This document shows positions 8,733-21,102 of a stretch of 60,500 nt of DNA, piece by piece. Positions within the stretch are counted from its first letter, which is position 1; each line of letters opens with the position of its first letter. Origin of the DNA: Microgenomates group bacterium (GTDB lineage: Bacteria > Patescibacteriota > Microgenomatia > UBA8517); assembly GCA_049301455.1 (NCBI GenBank), contig JBAQKY010000025.1, forward strand, positions 1-60,500, given 5' to 3'. Both the position numbers and the translations under genes were made by a program. The notes beneath the pieces are model-generated. The model was not told the DNA's origin and did no database searches. It saw only the letters and a program-made list of their open reading frames with translations.

Positions 8733-9548
8733 ATGTCGTCAGAGTTAATGCAAAGGCAATTTGAGCCAATAAATGAAAAATGTGTTAATCCTCTTAAAAG
8801 AGGGGGGGATCTTTTGGTTTATGAATATCATCCGGAAAATATTCCCAGCGATGTACCCCAAGATTTTATAGTCGCAAAAACCCCAGGCTTGGGAGATCAA
8901 TATCTTATGGGTCGAAGAGAAGCTGTGTTGTCAAATGCGATAGCTTTTAATATTTTGGATTCGTTAGGATTCAACGAATTAAGAGCTATGTCAGTAATTA
9001 CATATCCTTATGAATATGAAAGTTCTGGAGTTGAAGAAAAGCCAATGTGGAATATTTTTATTAAGGAATTAATGACCCGCTTTGGATTATTTCAAAAAAT
9101 TCGAGAGTCTAAATTTAATTATAAAAGTATAAAAATTGGGATTAAAACAGATATACAAAATCCATTATTTGTTGGATTTGATACACTAAAATGGACCGCG
9201 TTGTGGGGAGATAAAAATATAAACTTTTCTGCAATTTTTGATGCAGCTGTATTTGTTCATGAATGGCAACATGTACTTCAGTTGAGAGACGGCCTACCAG
9301 TAAACTCGCTTTGGTCAGAGAGAAATGCTATGACCCACGAGGGTAATTTACTGTTAAGATTTTTAAATACAAACAAGCTTACAAAGCGTCAGCAGTTTAT
9401 TGTTGCGTACTATCTTCAATATAAATCTTTAAGGATATCAAACTATAGAAACGGATTTGGTTTTAATGACCACTTTAGTGAAAATTCAGATGGTACTCCT
9501 CTTAAAAAACATAATTTAGGTAATATTGATTTTGAATTTGGACATTAA
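8733..9548 (+). CDS. Hypothetical protein with an HExxH zinc-metallopeptidase-like motif
   Basis: AAVFVHEWQHVLQ contains HExxH. No other signature recognised. Confidence 0.55.
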   Translation: MSSELMQRQFEPINEKCVNPLKRGGDLLVYEYHPENIPSDVPQDFIVAKTPGLGDQYLMGRREAVLSNAIAFNILDSLGFNELRAMSVITYPYEYESSGVEEKPMWNIFIKELMTRFGLFQKIRESKFNYKSIKIGIKTDIQNPLFVGFDTLKWTALWGDKNINFSAIFDAAVFVHEWQHVLQLRDGLPVNSLWSERNAMTHEGNLLLRFLNTNKLTKRQQFIVAYYLQYKSLRISNYRNGFGFNDHFSENSDGTPLKKHNLGNIDFEFGH

Positions 9549-9552
9549 TTTT

Positions 9553-10323
9553 TTATTTTGTGAACCAAGGGAAGAAGGCTGAAGTCTTTTTTTTGTATGC
9601 CTCAAATTCTTTATTACCTTCATATTTTTTCTCAAGCATTGGAATACCTGAAACTTTTAAAATTAAAAATGAGATTGTTAGTGGACCAATTAATCCAAGA
9701 TACCAATAAGTTGAACCTAGTGTTAATATCCAAATTCCCCACCATTGGGTAACTTCACCAAAATAGTTAGGATGTCTGGTGTATCTCCATAATCCTTGGT
9801 CCATTATTTTACCTTTATTGTTTTTGTTTCTTTTGAATAAATACATCTCAATATCTCCAACTGTCTCAAAATAAAAACCAATTACCCAGATGATTAATCC
9901 AATGAAACTAACTAGTATTACTCCCCCATCAAAACGATTGTATAAATTGACTGATGTTGAAACTAAAAACATAAATAATCCTTGAAGAAGAAAAACTTGC
10001 AAATAACTTCTTAAAATTGCCTTTTTGCCCCATTGCTCTCTCCACTCTTTGTATCTGAAATCTTCATTTTTACCCCAATTACGGAGAGTAATATAGCCCA
10101 TTAGTCTCAAGCCCCAAAGTATAACTAATGTAGTTAGTATTATTTTTGTTCTTTGAAAATCACCTGATGATACAAGGTTAAAAATTGCTAAGACTATAAA
10201 GCCCAATCCCCATGCAGAATCTGCAATGTCATTTCTTTTAAATTTTAATGAAAGTACAAAAAACAAATTCATGAAGATGAAAATTACTAATAAATTTTGC
10301 CAGACGAAATTAATTAGTTCCAT
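9553..10323 (-). CDS. DUF1295 / steroid 5-alpha-reductase-like polytopic membrane protein
   Basis: Multiple TM helices and the C-terminal GLWRYTRHPNYFGEVTQWWGIW motif typical of this family. Confidence 0.8.
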   Translation of the reverse strand: MELINFVWQNLLVIFIFMNLFFVLSLKFKRNDIADSAWGLGFIVLAIFNLVSSGDFQRTKIILTTLVILWGLRLMGYITLRNWGKNEDFRYKEWREQWGKKAILRSYLQVFLLQGLFMFLVSTSVNLYNRFDGGVILVSFIGLIIWVIGFYFETVGDIEMYLFKRNKNNKGKIMDQGLWRYTRHPNYFGEVTQWWGIWILTLGSTYWYLGLIGPLTISFLILKVSGIPMLEKKYEGNKEFEAYKKKTSAFFPWFTK

Positions 10324-10740
10324 TTAAATTTTTTGTAGTACTAATAATGATGCAATAGTAACTAGGCTACATAATACACCACCCCAAATAATGTCAGTAA
10401 TTACCATAGGCACACTCCAATTTTTAAGCGTTGCAAGGTTTGTTAAATCATAAACACTGTATGAACATACTCCATAAACAAATGCTTCTAAAACTATTTT
10501 TGTATTTGGAACATCACCTATGTGTTTTGATATAACTAAGTAAACTAAACCAAAAGGAATGAACAAATAAACAAGGATTGCAGCAGGAATATTTAAAACT
10601 CTTTCAAATGGAGATAGCCAACCATCATATATTTTTTTAGTTAGCGTTAACCAAACAACATCAATTGGAAAAAGAACTAGAAGTGAGACTAAATATGATT
10701 TTGCAAAGTCCATACAAAAACATTGTATAATGTTCATCAC
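10324..10740 (-). CDS. Small polytopic membrane protein, DUF2177-like
   Basis: 138 aa with 4 predicted TM helices and an N-terminal ...FPIDVVWLTL...Y pattern. Directly abuts the DUF1295 gene. Confidence 0.5.
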   Translation of the reverse strand: MMNIIQCFCMDFAKSYLVSLLVLFPIDVVWLTLTKKIYDGWLSPFERVLNIPAAILVYLFIPFGLVYLVISKHIGDVPNTKIVLEAFVYGVCSYSVYDLTNLATLKNWSVPMVITDIIWGGVLCSLVTIASLLVLQKI

Positions 10741-10750
10741 CTAGAACGCA

Positions 10751-11362
10751 ATGAATACTATTAATGAAGTAATTTTTGATCTTGAAACACAACGTTTTTT
10801 TGATGAAGCTCCAGACCCTTCACAATTTGGTGTTTCTGTAATTTCACTCTATGCCAGAACATTAGATGAAAACTTCAATGAAATAAGTGGAGAAATGATA
10901 TCCTTTTTCGAGGAGGATGTTTTAAAGTCGTTTGAATATTTCAGAAAGGCAGATAGAATAATTGGTTTTAATTCAAAAAGATTTGATGTGCCAGTTCTAA
11001 AACCATATTTACCACAAGAATTTCAAAAGTATAATCACTTTGATATTTTGGAACACATAAAAGAAATAAATGGTAAACGAGTTTCTTTAAATGCAGTAGC
11101 TAAAGAAACATTAGGACAACAAAAAGTTGATGAAGGTGGAAATGCAATTATTTATTGGAAGAAGCATGACGAAGAATCTTTAAGAAAGCTAAAATATTAC
11201 TGTGAAGAAGATGTCAGGATAACAAAAGAAGTATATGATTATGGATTCAAAAATAAAACATTAAAGTTTAAAGACTATTGGAATGATATCAAAGAAATTG
11301 AAGTTGATTTCAGTTACCCTGTATTAGAAAAACCTGAAGAAGAACAAGCAAGTTTGTTTTGA
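10751..11362 (+). CDS. RNase H-fold DEDD 3'-5' exonuclease-like protein
   Basis: Motifs VIFDLETQ (Exo I), IGFNSKRFDVPVL (Exo II) and YCEEDVRITKEVY (Exo III). Confidence 0.7.
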   Translation: MNTINEVIFDLETQRFFDEAPDPSQFGVSVISLYARTLDENFNEISGEMISFFEEDVLKSFEYFRKADRIIGFNSKRFDVPVLKPYLPQEFQKYNHFDILEHIKEINGKRVSLNAVAKETLGQQKVDEGGNAIIYWKKHDEESLRKLKYYCEEDVRITKEVYDYGFKNKTLKFKDYWNDIKEIEVDFSYPVLEKPEEEQASLF

Positions 11363-11366
11363 TAAA

Positions 11367-11900
11367 TTATTTGGAGAACTTTTCAGAATATCTTGCTACG
11401 CACTCCATTATGATTTTCCATGCATCTTCTTTATTTCCCCAACCTTCTACTTTTGTGCTTCCAGGTTTTTTGAGATCTTTGTAGTGTGTAAAATGATGTT
11501 CTAATTTCTCCATCAATCTCTTTGGAAGATCTGTAATATCATTAATTACATTTCCTTCATTTCTATCATCTTCTGGAACACAAATTATTTTGTGATCATT
11601 TTCTCCATCATCAACAAAATTTAAAATTCCAATTACTTTTGCTTTTACTAAAACTGCCGTTGGTAGTGGTTCTGTTGTAACAATTAATGTATCAAGTGGG
11701 TCATTGTCTTCGTCCCATGTTCTTGGAATAAATCCATAATTAACAGGTTTTGCAAATATTTCTGGTTCTACTCTATCTAATACAAAAATACCAAGTTCTG
11801 TGCTGTACTCAATTTTGTGCATTGAACCTTTTGGAATCTCAATGAAGGTGTTTAATGTTTTGTTTTCTTCTCCGTATGCAATGTCGTGTACAAAATTCAT
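11367..11900 (-). CDS. ppa: Inorganic pyrophosphatase, family I
   Basis: Motifs IEIPKGSMHKIEY, YGFIPRTWDEDNDPLDTLIV and DDGENDHKIICVP. Confidence 0.93.
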   Translation of the reverse strand: MNFVHDIAYGEENKTLNTFIEIPKGSMHKIEYSTELGIFVLDRVEPEIFAKPVNYGFIPRTWDEDNDPLDTLIVTTEPLPTAVLVKAKVIGILNFVDDGENDHKIICVPEDDRNEGNVINDITDLPKRLMEKLEHHFTHYKDLKKPGSTKVEGWGNKEDAWKIIMECVARYSEKFSK

Positions 11901-11938
11901 AGTGTAAGTATATTATTGAATCACTTTCAAATCAATAG

Positions 11939-12175
11939 TTATCGCTCAGGGATTCCATATCCCATTAGTCCTCTTCTAATCATCCGTGTTGCGTCGGTTA
12001 GCCATTGTTCTGGGTCAGTACTAAGTAGTGTAGGAACCCAATTGCCATCTTTTTCTTCAAAAGAAAAACCTTTTTGAAACCTAATTCCGTCTTCTTCGAT
12101 AAATTGTAATGTTGGATCAAAAGTTGGCAAAGTTTTTGGTTTTAATCCTCTTGTAATTCGTGATGCCTTTCTCAT
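11939..12175 (-). CDS. Hypothetical small protein, 78 aa, from internal Met27 of track ORF 11939..12253
   Basis: Starting at Met27 removes the 68-nt overlap with the gyrB 3' end. No family recognised. Confidence 0.4.
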   Translation of the reverse strand: MRKASRITRGLKPKTLPTFDPTLQFIEEDGIRFQKGFSFEEKDGNWVPTLLSTDPEQWLTDATRMIRRGLMGYGIPER

Positions 12176-12185
12176 ATTGAGAGTA

Positions 12186-14661
<2,476 letters not shown>

Positions 14662-14699
14662 ATTGATTATTTTGTTTACAGGTATATTATGTATTTTAC

Positions 14700-15641
14700 A
14701 TGAATAAAAAGATTCTTGTAACTGGATGCGCGGGTTTTATAGGTTCAAATTTGACTGTAAATCTTGTAAATGAGGGTAATAACGTTACAGGGATTGATAA
14801 CTTAAGTTTTGGATTTTTGGAAAACTTAAGTGAAATAAAGGATAAAGATAACTTCAAATTTATTGAACATGACATTACGCTTCCTTTAGAACTTGATACT
14901 TTTGATGAGATCTATAATCTTGCTTGTCCAGCTTCTCCAATTGCCCACAGTAAAGCTCCGTTTGATGCTTGGAGAGCATCTACTTTCGGAATATATAACA
15001 TGTTAGAAGTTGCAAAGAAAAATCCTGAATGTTTATTTTTCCATACTTCTACATCTGAAGTCTATGGTGACCCACAGGTTAATCCTCAACCTGAAACATA
15101 TCGTGGAAATGTTGATTGCACTGGCTTACGTGCTTGTTATAAAGAATCAAAAAGAGCTGGTGAAAGTTTAATATTTGATTACAATAGATATCATAAGACA
15201 AAAGTTAGAGTTATTAGGATATTTAACACCTATGGTCCAAAAATGTCACCAAATGATGGAAGGGTTGTATCAAATTTTATCACCCAAGCATTAAGTGGTA
15301 GTGATATCACAATTCATGGTGATGGAAAACAAACAAGATCTTTTCAATATATCGATGATCTTTTGCTTGGAATGGATAAAATGATGCACAATTCAATTGA
15401 TTTTATTGGTCCTGTAAACATTGGTAATCCTGGTGAATATACAATAAAACAGTTGGCCGAGGCTGTGGTTAGTTTAATCCCTGAAACAAAAAGCAAAATA
15501 ATTTATATACCAGAGGCTCCGGATGATGCCCATCTTAGGAAACCTGACATTGCTCTGGCCAAAGAAAAATTAGACTGGGAACCAAAGACTGACCTGATGG
15601 AAGGCTTAAAGAAGACAATTGAATATTTTAAAACTCACTAA
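14700..15641 (+). CDS. UDP-glucuronate decarboxylase (UDP-xylose synthase)-like SDR
   Basis: Motifs ILVTGCAGFIGSNL, YKESKRAGE (YxxxK) and RIFNTYGPKMSPNDGRVVSNFI. Confidence 0.85.
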   Translation: MNKKILVTGCAGFIGSNLTVNLVNEGNNVTGIDNLSFGFLENLSEIKDKDNFKFIEHDITLPLELDTFDEIYNLACPASPIAHSKAPFDAWRASTFGIYNMLEVAKKNPECLFFHTSTSEVYGDPQVNPQPETYRGNVDCTGLRACYKESKRAGESLIFDYNRYHKTKVRVIRIFNTYGPKMSPNDGRVVSNFITQALSGSDITIHGDGKQTRSFQYIDDLLLGMDKMMHNSIDFIGPVNIGNPGEYTIKQLAEAVVSLIPETKSKIIYIPEAPDDAHLRKPDIALAKEKLDWEPKTDLMEGLKKTIEYFKTH

Positions 15642-15683
15642 TCTAGTCTATTATATATTTACACGCTAAATGCGTGATAACAT

Positions 15684-17408
15684 ATGCCCACTGCCAATAC
15701 TGCCACTAAACCTACAGGTAATAGTATCTCCGATATTTTAGTTTCCATGGGGGTTTTGGACCAGACTCGCGCTGAGCAGGTCAAAATGGCTGAGGTCCAG
15801 TATGGAACTACACAAGAAGAGATAATTACTAAACAAAATTTAGTTAGCCCTAAAGAATTGGTCCAAGCCAAAGCAACTCTTTATAATATTCCATTTGTAG
15901 ATCTAGCTACAGCGCCATCTTCACCTGAAGCCATGTCTGTTCTTTCTCAAGAGGTCTCTTCTAAGTTTAATATCTTTCCCCTAGCTGTTGATAAAGCAGG
16001 CAAATCTATCACATTGGCCATGGTTGATCCTCTTGATTTGACTGCTATTGAATTTGTTGAAAGAAAAACTGGATTTAGAGTAAAACCAGTTGCTGTCGAA
16101 GAAGGATTATTAGGAGATATCATTACAACTAGATATGCCACTTCCCTATCACAAGAAGTTACAGAAGCCTTAAAAGATGTAGCTCCTGAAAAGAAGACTA
16201 ATCAAACTCAGAATTTAAAAATTGGTTTTATCAGAGAAGAAAAAATATCAGAGATTGTCAGCCATATTTTGGAGTTTGCTGTTAAATCAAGATCGTCTGA
16301 TATTCACATTGAACCTGAGGAAAGAGCAACCAGAGTTCGATATAGAATTGATGGTATTTTAGTTGAAAAATTAACAATTCCAAGAGAATTGCATGAATCG
16401 CTATCGTCTCGTATTAAGATTTTGGCGGGTATGAAAATTGATGAAAAAAGAATTCCACAAGATGGTAGGTTTAACTTTAAGGCGGGCTCAGAAGACACTG
16501 ATCTTCGTGTGTCTTCACTTCCTACTGCGTGGGGAGAAAAGATTGTCATGCGTTTACTTAAAAAAACTGGTGGTGTCCCCGATCTCCCTGTTTTAGGTCT
16601 TCGTGGAAAAGCTTTGAAAAATTTACAAGATGCCATTTTAAGGCCACATGGAATTATTATGATTTGTGGTCCAACCGGATCTGGAAAAACTACAACACTT
16701 TATTCAATTATTAGTAAAATTAATACACCAAAAGTTAATATTGTTACTTTGGAGGATCCTATTGAATATAAAATGGTGGGTGTAAACCAAGTGCAAATTA
16801 ACCCCGCAGTCGGTTTAACTTTTGCATCAGGATTGAAAGCATTTTTGCGACAAGATCCAAACATAATTTTGGTTGGAGAAATCCGAGATCGAGAAACTGC
16901 AGATCTTGCTATACAAGCTTCACTTACCGGACATTTAGTTTTCTCCACACTTCACACTAATAATGCTGCAGGTGCGCTTCCTCGTATGCTTGATATGGGT
17001 GCAGAGCCTTATCTTTTGACATCTTCAATGACTGCAATTATGGCTCAAAGAGTTGCCAGAAAAATTCATGATGATTGCAAAGAGACATATGATCCAGATC
17101 CAAAAATAATTGAAGACATGAAGGCAGTTTTAGGTCCATTATGGCCACAAGATTCAACTGGAAAAATATTTCGCGGTAAAGGTTGCCAAGCTTGTGGCAA
17201 TAGTGGCTATTATGGAAGAGTCGGAGTTTTTGAAGTATTACCTGTAACCGACTCAATTGGCAAAATGATTTTAGAGCGAAAACCAGCTTTGGAAATTGAG
17301 AAAAAAGCTCGCGAAGAAGGAATGATTACCTTGAAACAAGATGGATATTTAAAAGTCTTGGCAGGAGAAACATCTATTGAAGAGGTCTTGCGTGTTGCTC
17401 AAGAATGA
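15684..17408 (+). CDS. pilB: Type IV pilus assembly ATPase PilB (GspE family)
   Basis: N-terminal T2SSE_N-like region, Walker A GPTGSGKTTT, Asp box/Walker B ILVGEIRD, His box TGHLVFSTLHTN, and CQACGNSGYYGRVGVFE. Confidence 0.93.
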   Translation: MPTANTATKPTGNSISDILVSMGVLDQTRAEQVKMAEVQYGTTQEEIITKQNLVSPKELVQAKATLYNIPFVDLATAPSSPEAMSVLSQEVSSKFNIFPLAVDKAGKSITLAMVDPLDLTAIEFVERKTGFRVKPVAVEEGLLGDIITTRYATSLSQEVTEALKDVAPEKKTNQTQNLKIGFIREEKISEIVSHILEFAVKSRSSDIHIEPEERATRVRYRIDGILVEKLTIPRELHESLSSRIKILAGMKIDEKRIPQDGRFNFKAGSEDTDLRVSSLPTAWGEKIVMRLLKKTGGVPDLPVLGLRGKALKNLQDAILRPHGIIMICGPTGSGKTTTLYSIISKINTPKVNIVTLEDPIEYKMVGVNQVQINPAVGLTFASGLKAFLRQDPNIILVGEIRDRETADLAIQASLTGHLVFSTLHTNNAAGALPRMLDMGAEPYLLTSSMTAIMAQRVARKIHDDCKETYDPDPKIIEDMKAVLGPLWPQDSTGKIFRGKGCQACGNSGYYGRVGVFEVLPVTDSIGKMILERKPALEIEKKAREEGMITLKQDGYLKVLAGETSIEEVLRVAQE

Positions 17409-17422
17409 TTTAACTTATATAT

Positions 17423-18490
17423 ATGGCAATTGATATACGACATTTATTACAACAAGCAATTGATTTAAAAGCATCCGATTTGCATTTAGTTGTTGGTGTT
17501 GCTCCAACTGTTCGTTTAGAAGGTGAACTGAGATCTTTAGCAGATGCAGGAATACTAACCCCTGAAATTTTGTCAGATGGCTTAAAACAAGTTTTAACAA
17601 CTGATCAGATAGAAAGATTAACAGTTAATAAAGAAATTGATTTTTCACTTTCTTTCTCAGAGAAAGCAAGATTTAGGGTTAATGCTTATACACAAAAGGG
17701 ATCTCTTGCTGCTGCATTTAGAAGAATACCTTTAGAAATCCCAGAAATTGATACTCTTGGTTTACCTCAGATAACTCGAAGTTTTACAACTTTAAGACAA
17801 GGTCTAGTTTTAGTAACTGGTCCAACAGGTCATGGTAAATCGACTACACTTGCTGCAATTATTAATGAGATAAATAAAAACAGATCAAATCACATTGTAA
17901 CAATTGAAGACCCTATTGAATTTGTATTCAAGCCAATTAAATCAATAATTTCACAAAGAGAGATGAGATCAGATACTCATTCTTGGCAAGTTGCTCTTCG
18001 TTCTGTTCTTCGTGAAGATCCTGATGTTGTTTTGGTTGGAGAAATGAGAGATTTTGAAACAATATCTGCTGCAATGACAATTGCAGAAACAGGACATTTA
18101 GTCTTTGGTACACTTCATACAAATTCAGCAGGCCAAACAATTGATAGAATAGTTGACGTTTTCCCTGAAGACCAACAAAATCAAGTTAGATTGCAACTAT
18201 CTGCTGTCTTGGAAGCAGTTTTCTCTCAAAGATTAATTTCAGGTGTAACAGGTTCAAGGTTGGTTGCACATGAAGTAATGCTTGGAACGACTGCAATTAA
18301 AACTGCAATTAGAGAAGGTAAATCACATTTAATTGATTCAATTATTCAAACATCACTTGAAGCAGGAATGTCAACACTTGAGCATTCATTGGCTTCACTT
18401 GTTAAATCAGGAAAGATATCAATTGACGTTGCTCAAGAATGGTCAGTCAGGCCAGAAGAGCTAAACCGTCTGATTCGTGGTTCTAAATAA
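17423..18490 (+). CDS. pilT: Twitching-motility retraction ATPase PilT
   Basis: 355 aa. Motifs ASDLHL, GPTGHGKSTT, VLVGEMRD, TGHLVFGTLHTNSA and AIREGK. Confidence 0.93.
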   Translation: MAIDIRHLLQQAIDLKASDLHLVVGVAPTVRLEGELRSLADAGILTPEILSDGLKQVLTTDQIERLTVNKEIDFSLSFSEKARFRVNAYTQKGSLAAAFRRIPLEIPEIDTLGLPQITRSFTTLRQGLVLVTGPTGHGKSTTLAAIINEINKNRSNHIVTIEDPIEFVFKPIKSIISQREMRSDTHSWQVALRSVLREDPDVVLVGEMRDFETISAAMTIAETGHLVFGTLHTNSAGQTIDRIVDVFPEDQQNQVRLQLSAVLEAVFSQRLISGVTGSRLVAHEVMLGTTAIKTAIREGKSHLIDSIIQTSLEAGMSTLEHSLASLVKSGKISIDVAQEWSVRPEELNRLIRGSK

Positions 18491-18507
18491 AATATTCAAA
18501 AGATTAA

Positions 18508-19713
18508 ATGAAACGTTTTAACTACAAGGCTAAAGACAAAAGTGGAAAATTGGTAAATGGTGAAGTCGAAGCAACTGATGAAAGCAATGCAGCTAAACTT
18601 GTAAGAGGTAAGGGTCTTTTAGTTCTTTCAATAAAGCCAGTATTTGAAAGTCCAATTGCTTTTATAAGAAATCTAAAGAACAGAATAACTCCATCAGATG
18701 TAGCTACATTTACTCGACAGTTTGCAACTATGGTAAATGCTGGTTTGCCTATTACAGAATCTTTAATGATATTAAAATCTCAGGCCAAAGGTTCAATGGG
18801 TAAAGTTGTCTCTCAGATACTTGCTGACATTGAAGGTGGAGAATCTGTTTCAAAAGCATTCACTAAACATCCAACTGTTTTCTCCCCTACTTATATTGCA
18901 TTAGTAAAGTCAGGTGAAGTTGGTGGTGTTTTGGATACTGTTTTGGTTCGTCTAGCAGACGACATGGAAAAACAACAAGAATTTAAAGGTAAAGTAAAAG
19001 GAGCACTTATTTATCCTTCTATTATTATTACAGGTATGATTGTTGTTGCTTTTATTATGATGATCTTTGTTATTCCACGACTTACTTCTTTATATGATGA
19101 ATTTGATGCAGAACTTCCACTCCCAACCAGAATCTTGATTGGGATGTCTGATGCTGTTATTAAATTTTGGCCTGTGACATTAGCACTTGTAGTCGGTGGT
19201 TTTTATGCTTTCAAAGCCTATAAAAAAACACCGTCAGGCAAGCTCAAATTAGATGAACTGCAGTTTAAAGTTCCTGTAATTGGTGAATTGCAAAAACAAG
19301 TTATTTTAACTGAGCTTACAAGTACATTATCCTTAATGACAGGAGCAGGCGTTTCAATCTTGGAAGGTTTAAACATAACTTCTGAAGTTGTAGGCAACTC
19401 AGTTATTGGTAATGCTCTAAAAGATGTTTCTCTTCAGGTTGAAAAAGGATTTCCTGTTTCATTTGCCTTTGCCAAACATCCTGATGCTTTTCCTTTTATC
19501 CTTTCACAAATGATTGCAGTTAGTGAAGAAACTGGAAAAATGGAAGAAGTTCTTTCTAAAGTCAGCCATGTTTTTGAAACTGAATCTGATCAAAAAGTTA
19601 AAGGCTTAACCTCTGCAATTGAACCAATTGTCATGGTCATACTTGGTCTTGGGGTAGGCTTTCTTGTTATTGCAATTATTTTACCGATATACAACTTGAC
19701 TAGTCAGTTCTAA
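18508..19713 (+). CDS. pilC: Type IV pilus platform protein PilC (GspF family)
   Basis: Two GspF repeats (FTRQFATMVNAGLPI, LTSTLSLMTGAGVSI) and three TM segments. Confidence 0.92.
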   Translation: MKRFNYKAKDKSGKLVNGEVEATDESNAAKLVRGKGLLVLSIKPVFESPIAFIRNLKNRITPSDVATFTRQFATMVNAGLPITESLMILKSQAKGSMGKVVSQILADIEGGESVSKAFTKHPTVFSPTYIALVKSGEVGGVLDTVLVRLADDMEKQQEFKGKVKGALIYPSIIITGMIVVAFIMMIFVIPRLTSLYDEFDAELPLPTRILIGMSDAVIKFWPVTLALVVGGFYAFKAYKKTPSGKLKLDELQFKVPVIGELQKQVILTELTSTLSLMTGAGVSILEGLNITSEVVGNSVIGNALKDVSLQVEKGFPVSFAFAKHPDAFPFILSQMIAVSEETGKMEEVLSKVSHVFETESDQKVKGLTSAIEPIVMVILGLGVGFLVIAIILPIYNLTSQF

Positions 19714-19748
19714 TGGTTCATATTAATAAATGAAGGAGGTGAATTAAT

Positions 19749-20384
19749 ATCAAAAATTTAAAAAATACATTAAGAAATGTAAAAGGTTTTACACTTGTCG
19801 AACTTTTGATCGTCATTGGTCTTCTTGGTGCTATAGCATTAATTGTTATCGCTGCTATCAACCCAATTGAACAATCAAACAGGGCAAGAGATACTAGATT
19901 TAAGGCAGATGGTGGACAGCTTATTTCAGCAATTGATAGATACTTTGCTGCAAATTCAAGGTTTCCTTGGATGACTGTTACCCCAACATATACAACTGAA
20001 GATGAGTTTGGATTTGTGACATCTTCTGATCAAGAAGTTGGTCTTTGTGGCGCATCCTGTGCAGCTGATGGAGTTTTGATTACAACAAATGAATTAAAAA
20101 CTGAGTTCAGAAACAGAGATTTCGTACAAGATGGTGATGGTGCACAAGAAGATTTGAAAATCTTAATCGGTAAAGCACAAGGTTCATCCGCATCAGTTTA
20201 TGCATGTTTTATCCCACTTGCTAATTCAACCAAATCAAAGGCAGTCACTGAAGGAAAAGTTTTTCAACCTGATTTAACAACGGGTGAAAAAGGCTCAGCA
20301 GTCACAACTTGTGATGGTGCAAACATGGACGGAGCAGGCGTTAACTGGACATCTAATGGATGTTATGTGTGTATTCCTGAATAA
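19749..20384 (+). CDS. Type IV (major) pilin. Start assigned to ATC 19749 (or ATT 19743) because no ATG, GTG or TTG precedes the prepilin motif.
   Basis: The in-frame sequence reads ...KNLKNTLRNVKG|FTLVELLIVIGLLGAIA. A strong SD (GGAGG, 19735-19739) lies upstream and an in-frame TGA at 19740-19742 closes the frame. The track ORF start (TTG 19806) falls inside the mature N-terminal helix. Confidence 0.7.
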   Translation: MKNLKNTLRNVKGFTLVELLIVIGLLGAIALIVIAAINPIEQSNRARDTRFKADGGQLISAIDRYFAANSRFPWMTVTPTYTTEDEFGFVTSSDQEVGLCGASCAADGVLITTNELKTEFRNRDFVQDGDGAQEDLKILIGKAQGSSASVYACFIPLANSTKSKAVTEGKVFQPDLTTGEKGSAVTTCDGANMDGAGVNWTSNGCYVCIPE

Positions 20385-20391
20385 TGTAGGT

Positions 20392-21102
20392 ATGGAAGTT
20401 TATTTCATACTTACATTATTGGGTTTACTATCTTTAGCTGTAGGATCGTTTATCTCAGCTATTAGTTACAGAATTCCAAGAGGTTTAGGTTTCATAAAAG
20501 GAAGGTCGTTTTGTGATTCTTGCAAAAAAGAACTTAAATGGTATGACAATATACCTTTAATTTCTTTTTTGTTTTACGGCGCAGCAGCTAGGTGTTGTGG
20601 AAAAAGAATCTCAATTCGTTATCCTTTAATTGAGCTTGCAACACTCATTGGCTTTGTTGCTCTATTTTTGTTATCTGTAAACTCTGCTTATTATATTTTG
20701 TATGTAATTTCTTTGCTTGTTTTAGTAATTGATTTGGAGCATCAAATTATTCCAGATGAACTAACTTGGATTATTTTAGTACTGGGATTGATGGCTGGTG
20801 TTCAGTCACCAATTACTGCATTATTCATTGCCTTTTTCCTTTCACTGTTACTTTTATCACTATTTATAATTACTGCAGGTCGTGGAATGGGTTTGGGCGA
20901 TGTTAAATTGGCAGTAGGACTTGGTGTTTGGCTGTCATTTGTTGATGGCCTTAAATGGTTGATGGTATCTTTCATCTTGGGTGGAATTGTTGCTTCGGTG
21001 TTGCTACTATTAAAGAGGGCTAATTTAAAAACTAAAATTGCCTTTGGGCCATTTTTAATAGTAGGTTTTTGGATTATACTTTTAATTACAAAACTATATT
21101 AA
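20392..21102 (+). CDS. pilD: Prepilin peptidase (A24 family, PilD)
   Basis: CDSCKKELKWYDNIPL zinc-finger region, catalytic Asp motifs IIPDE and GRGMGLGDVKL, polytopic. Start placed at Met37 of the track ORF, just after the pilin stop. Confidence 0.9.
   Translation: MEVYFILTLLGLLSLAVGSFISAISYRIPRGLGFIKGRSFCDSCKKELKWYDNIPLISFLFYGAAARCCGKRISIRYPLIELATLIGFVALFLLSVNSAYYILYVISLLVLVIDLEHQIIPDELTWIILVLGLMAGVQSPITALFIAFFLSLLLLSLFIITAGRGMGLGDVKLAVGLGVWLSFVDGLKWLMVSFILGGIVASVLLLLKRANLKTKIAFGPFLIVGFWIILLITKLY

Noticed and set aside
19713-19742. UGA-as-Gly recoding (genetic code 25), letting the pilin start at ATG 19713, which overlaps the pilC stop
   Set aside because: Reading through two in-frame TGAs would give MVHINKGRRGINIKNLK.... 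However, TGA clearly works as a stop elsewhere in the window (pilB at 17406-17408 and the pilin-like gene at 22235-22237). The very long ORFs (gyrA, PBP, gyrB) also contain no internal TGA under the standard code.
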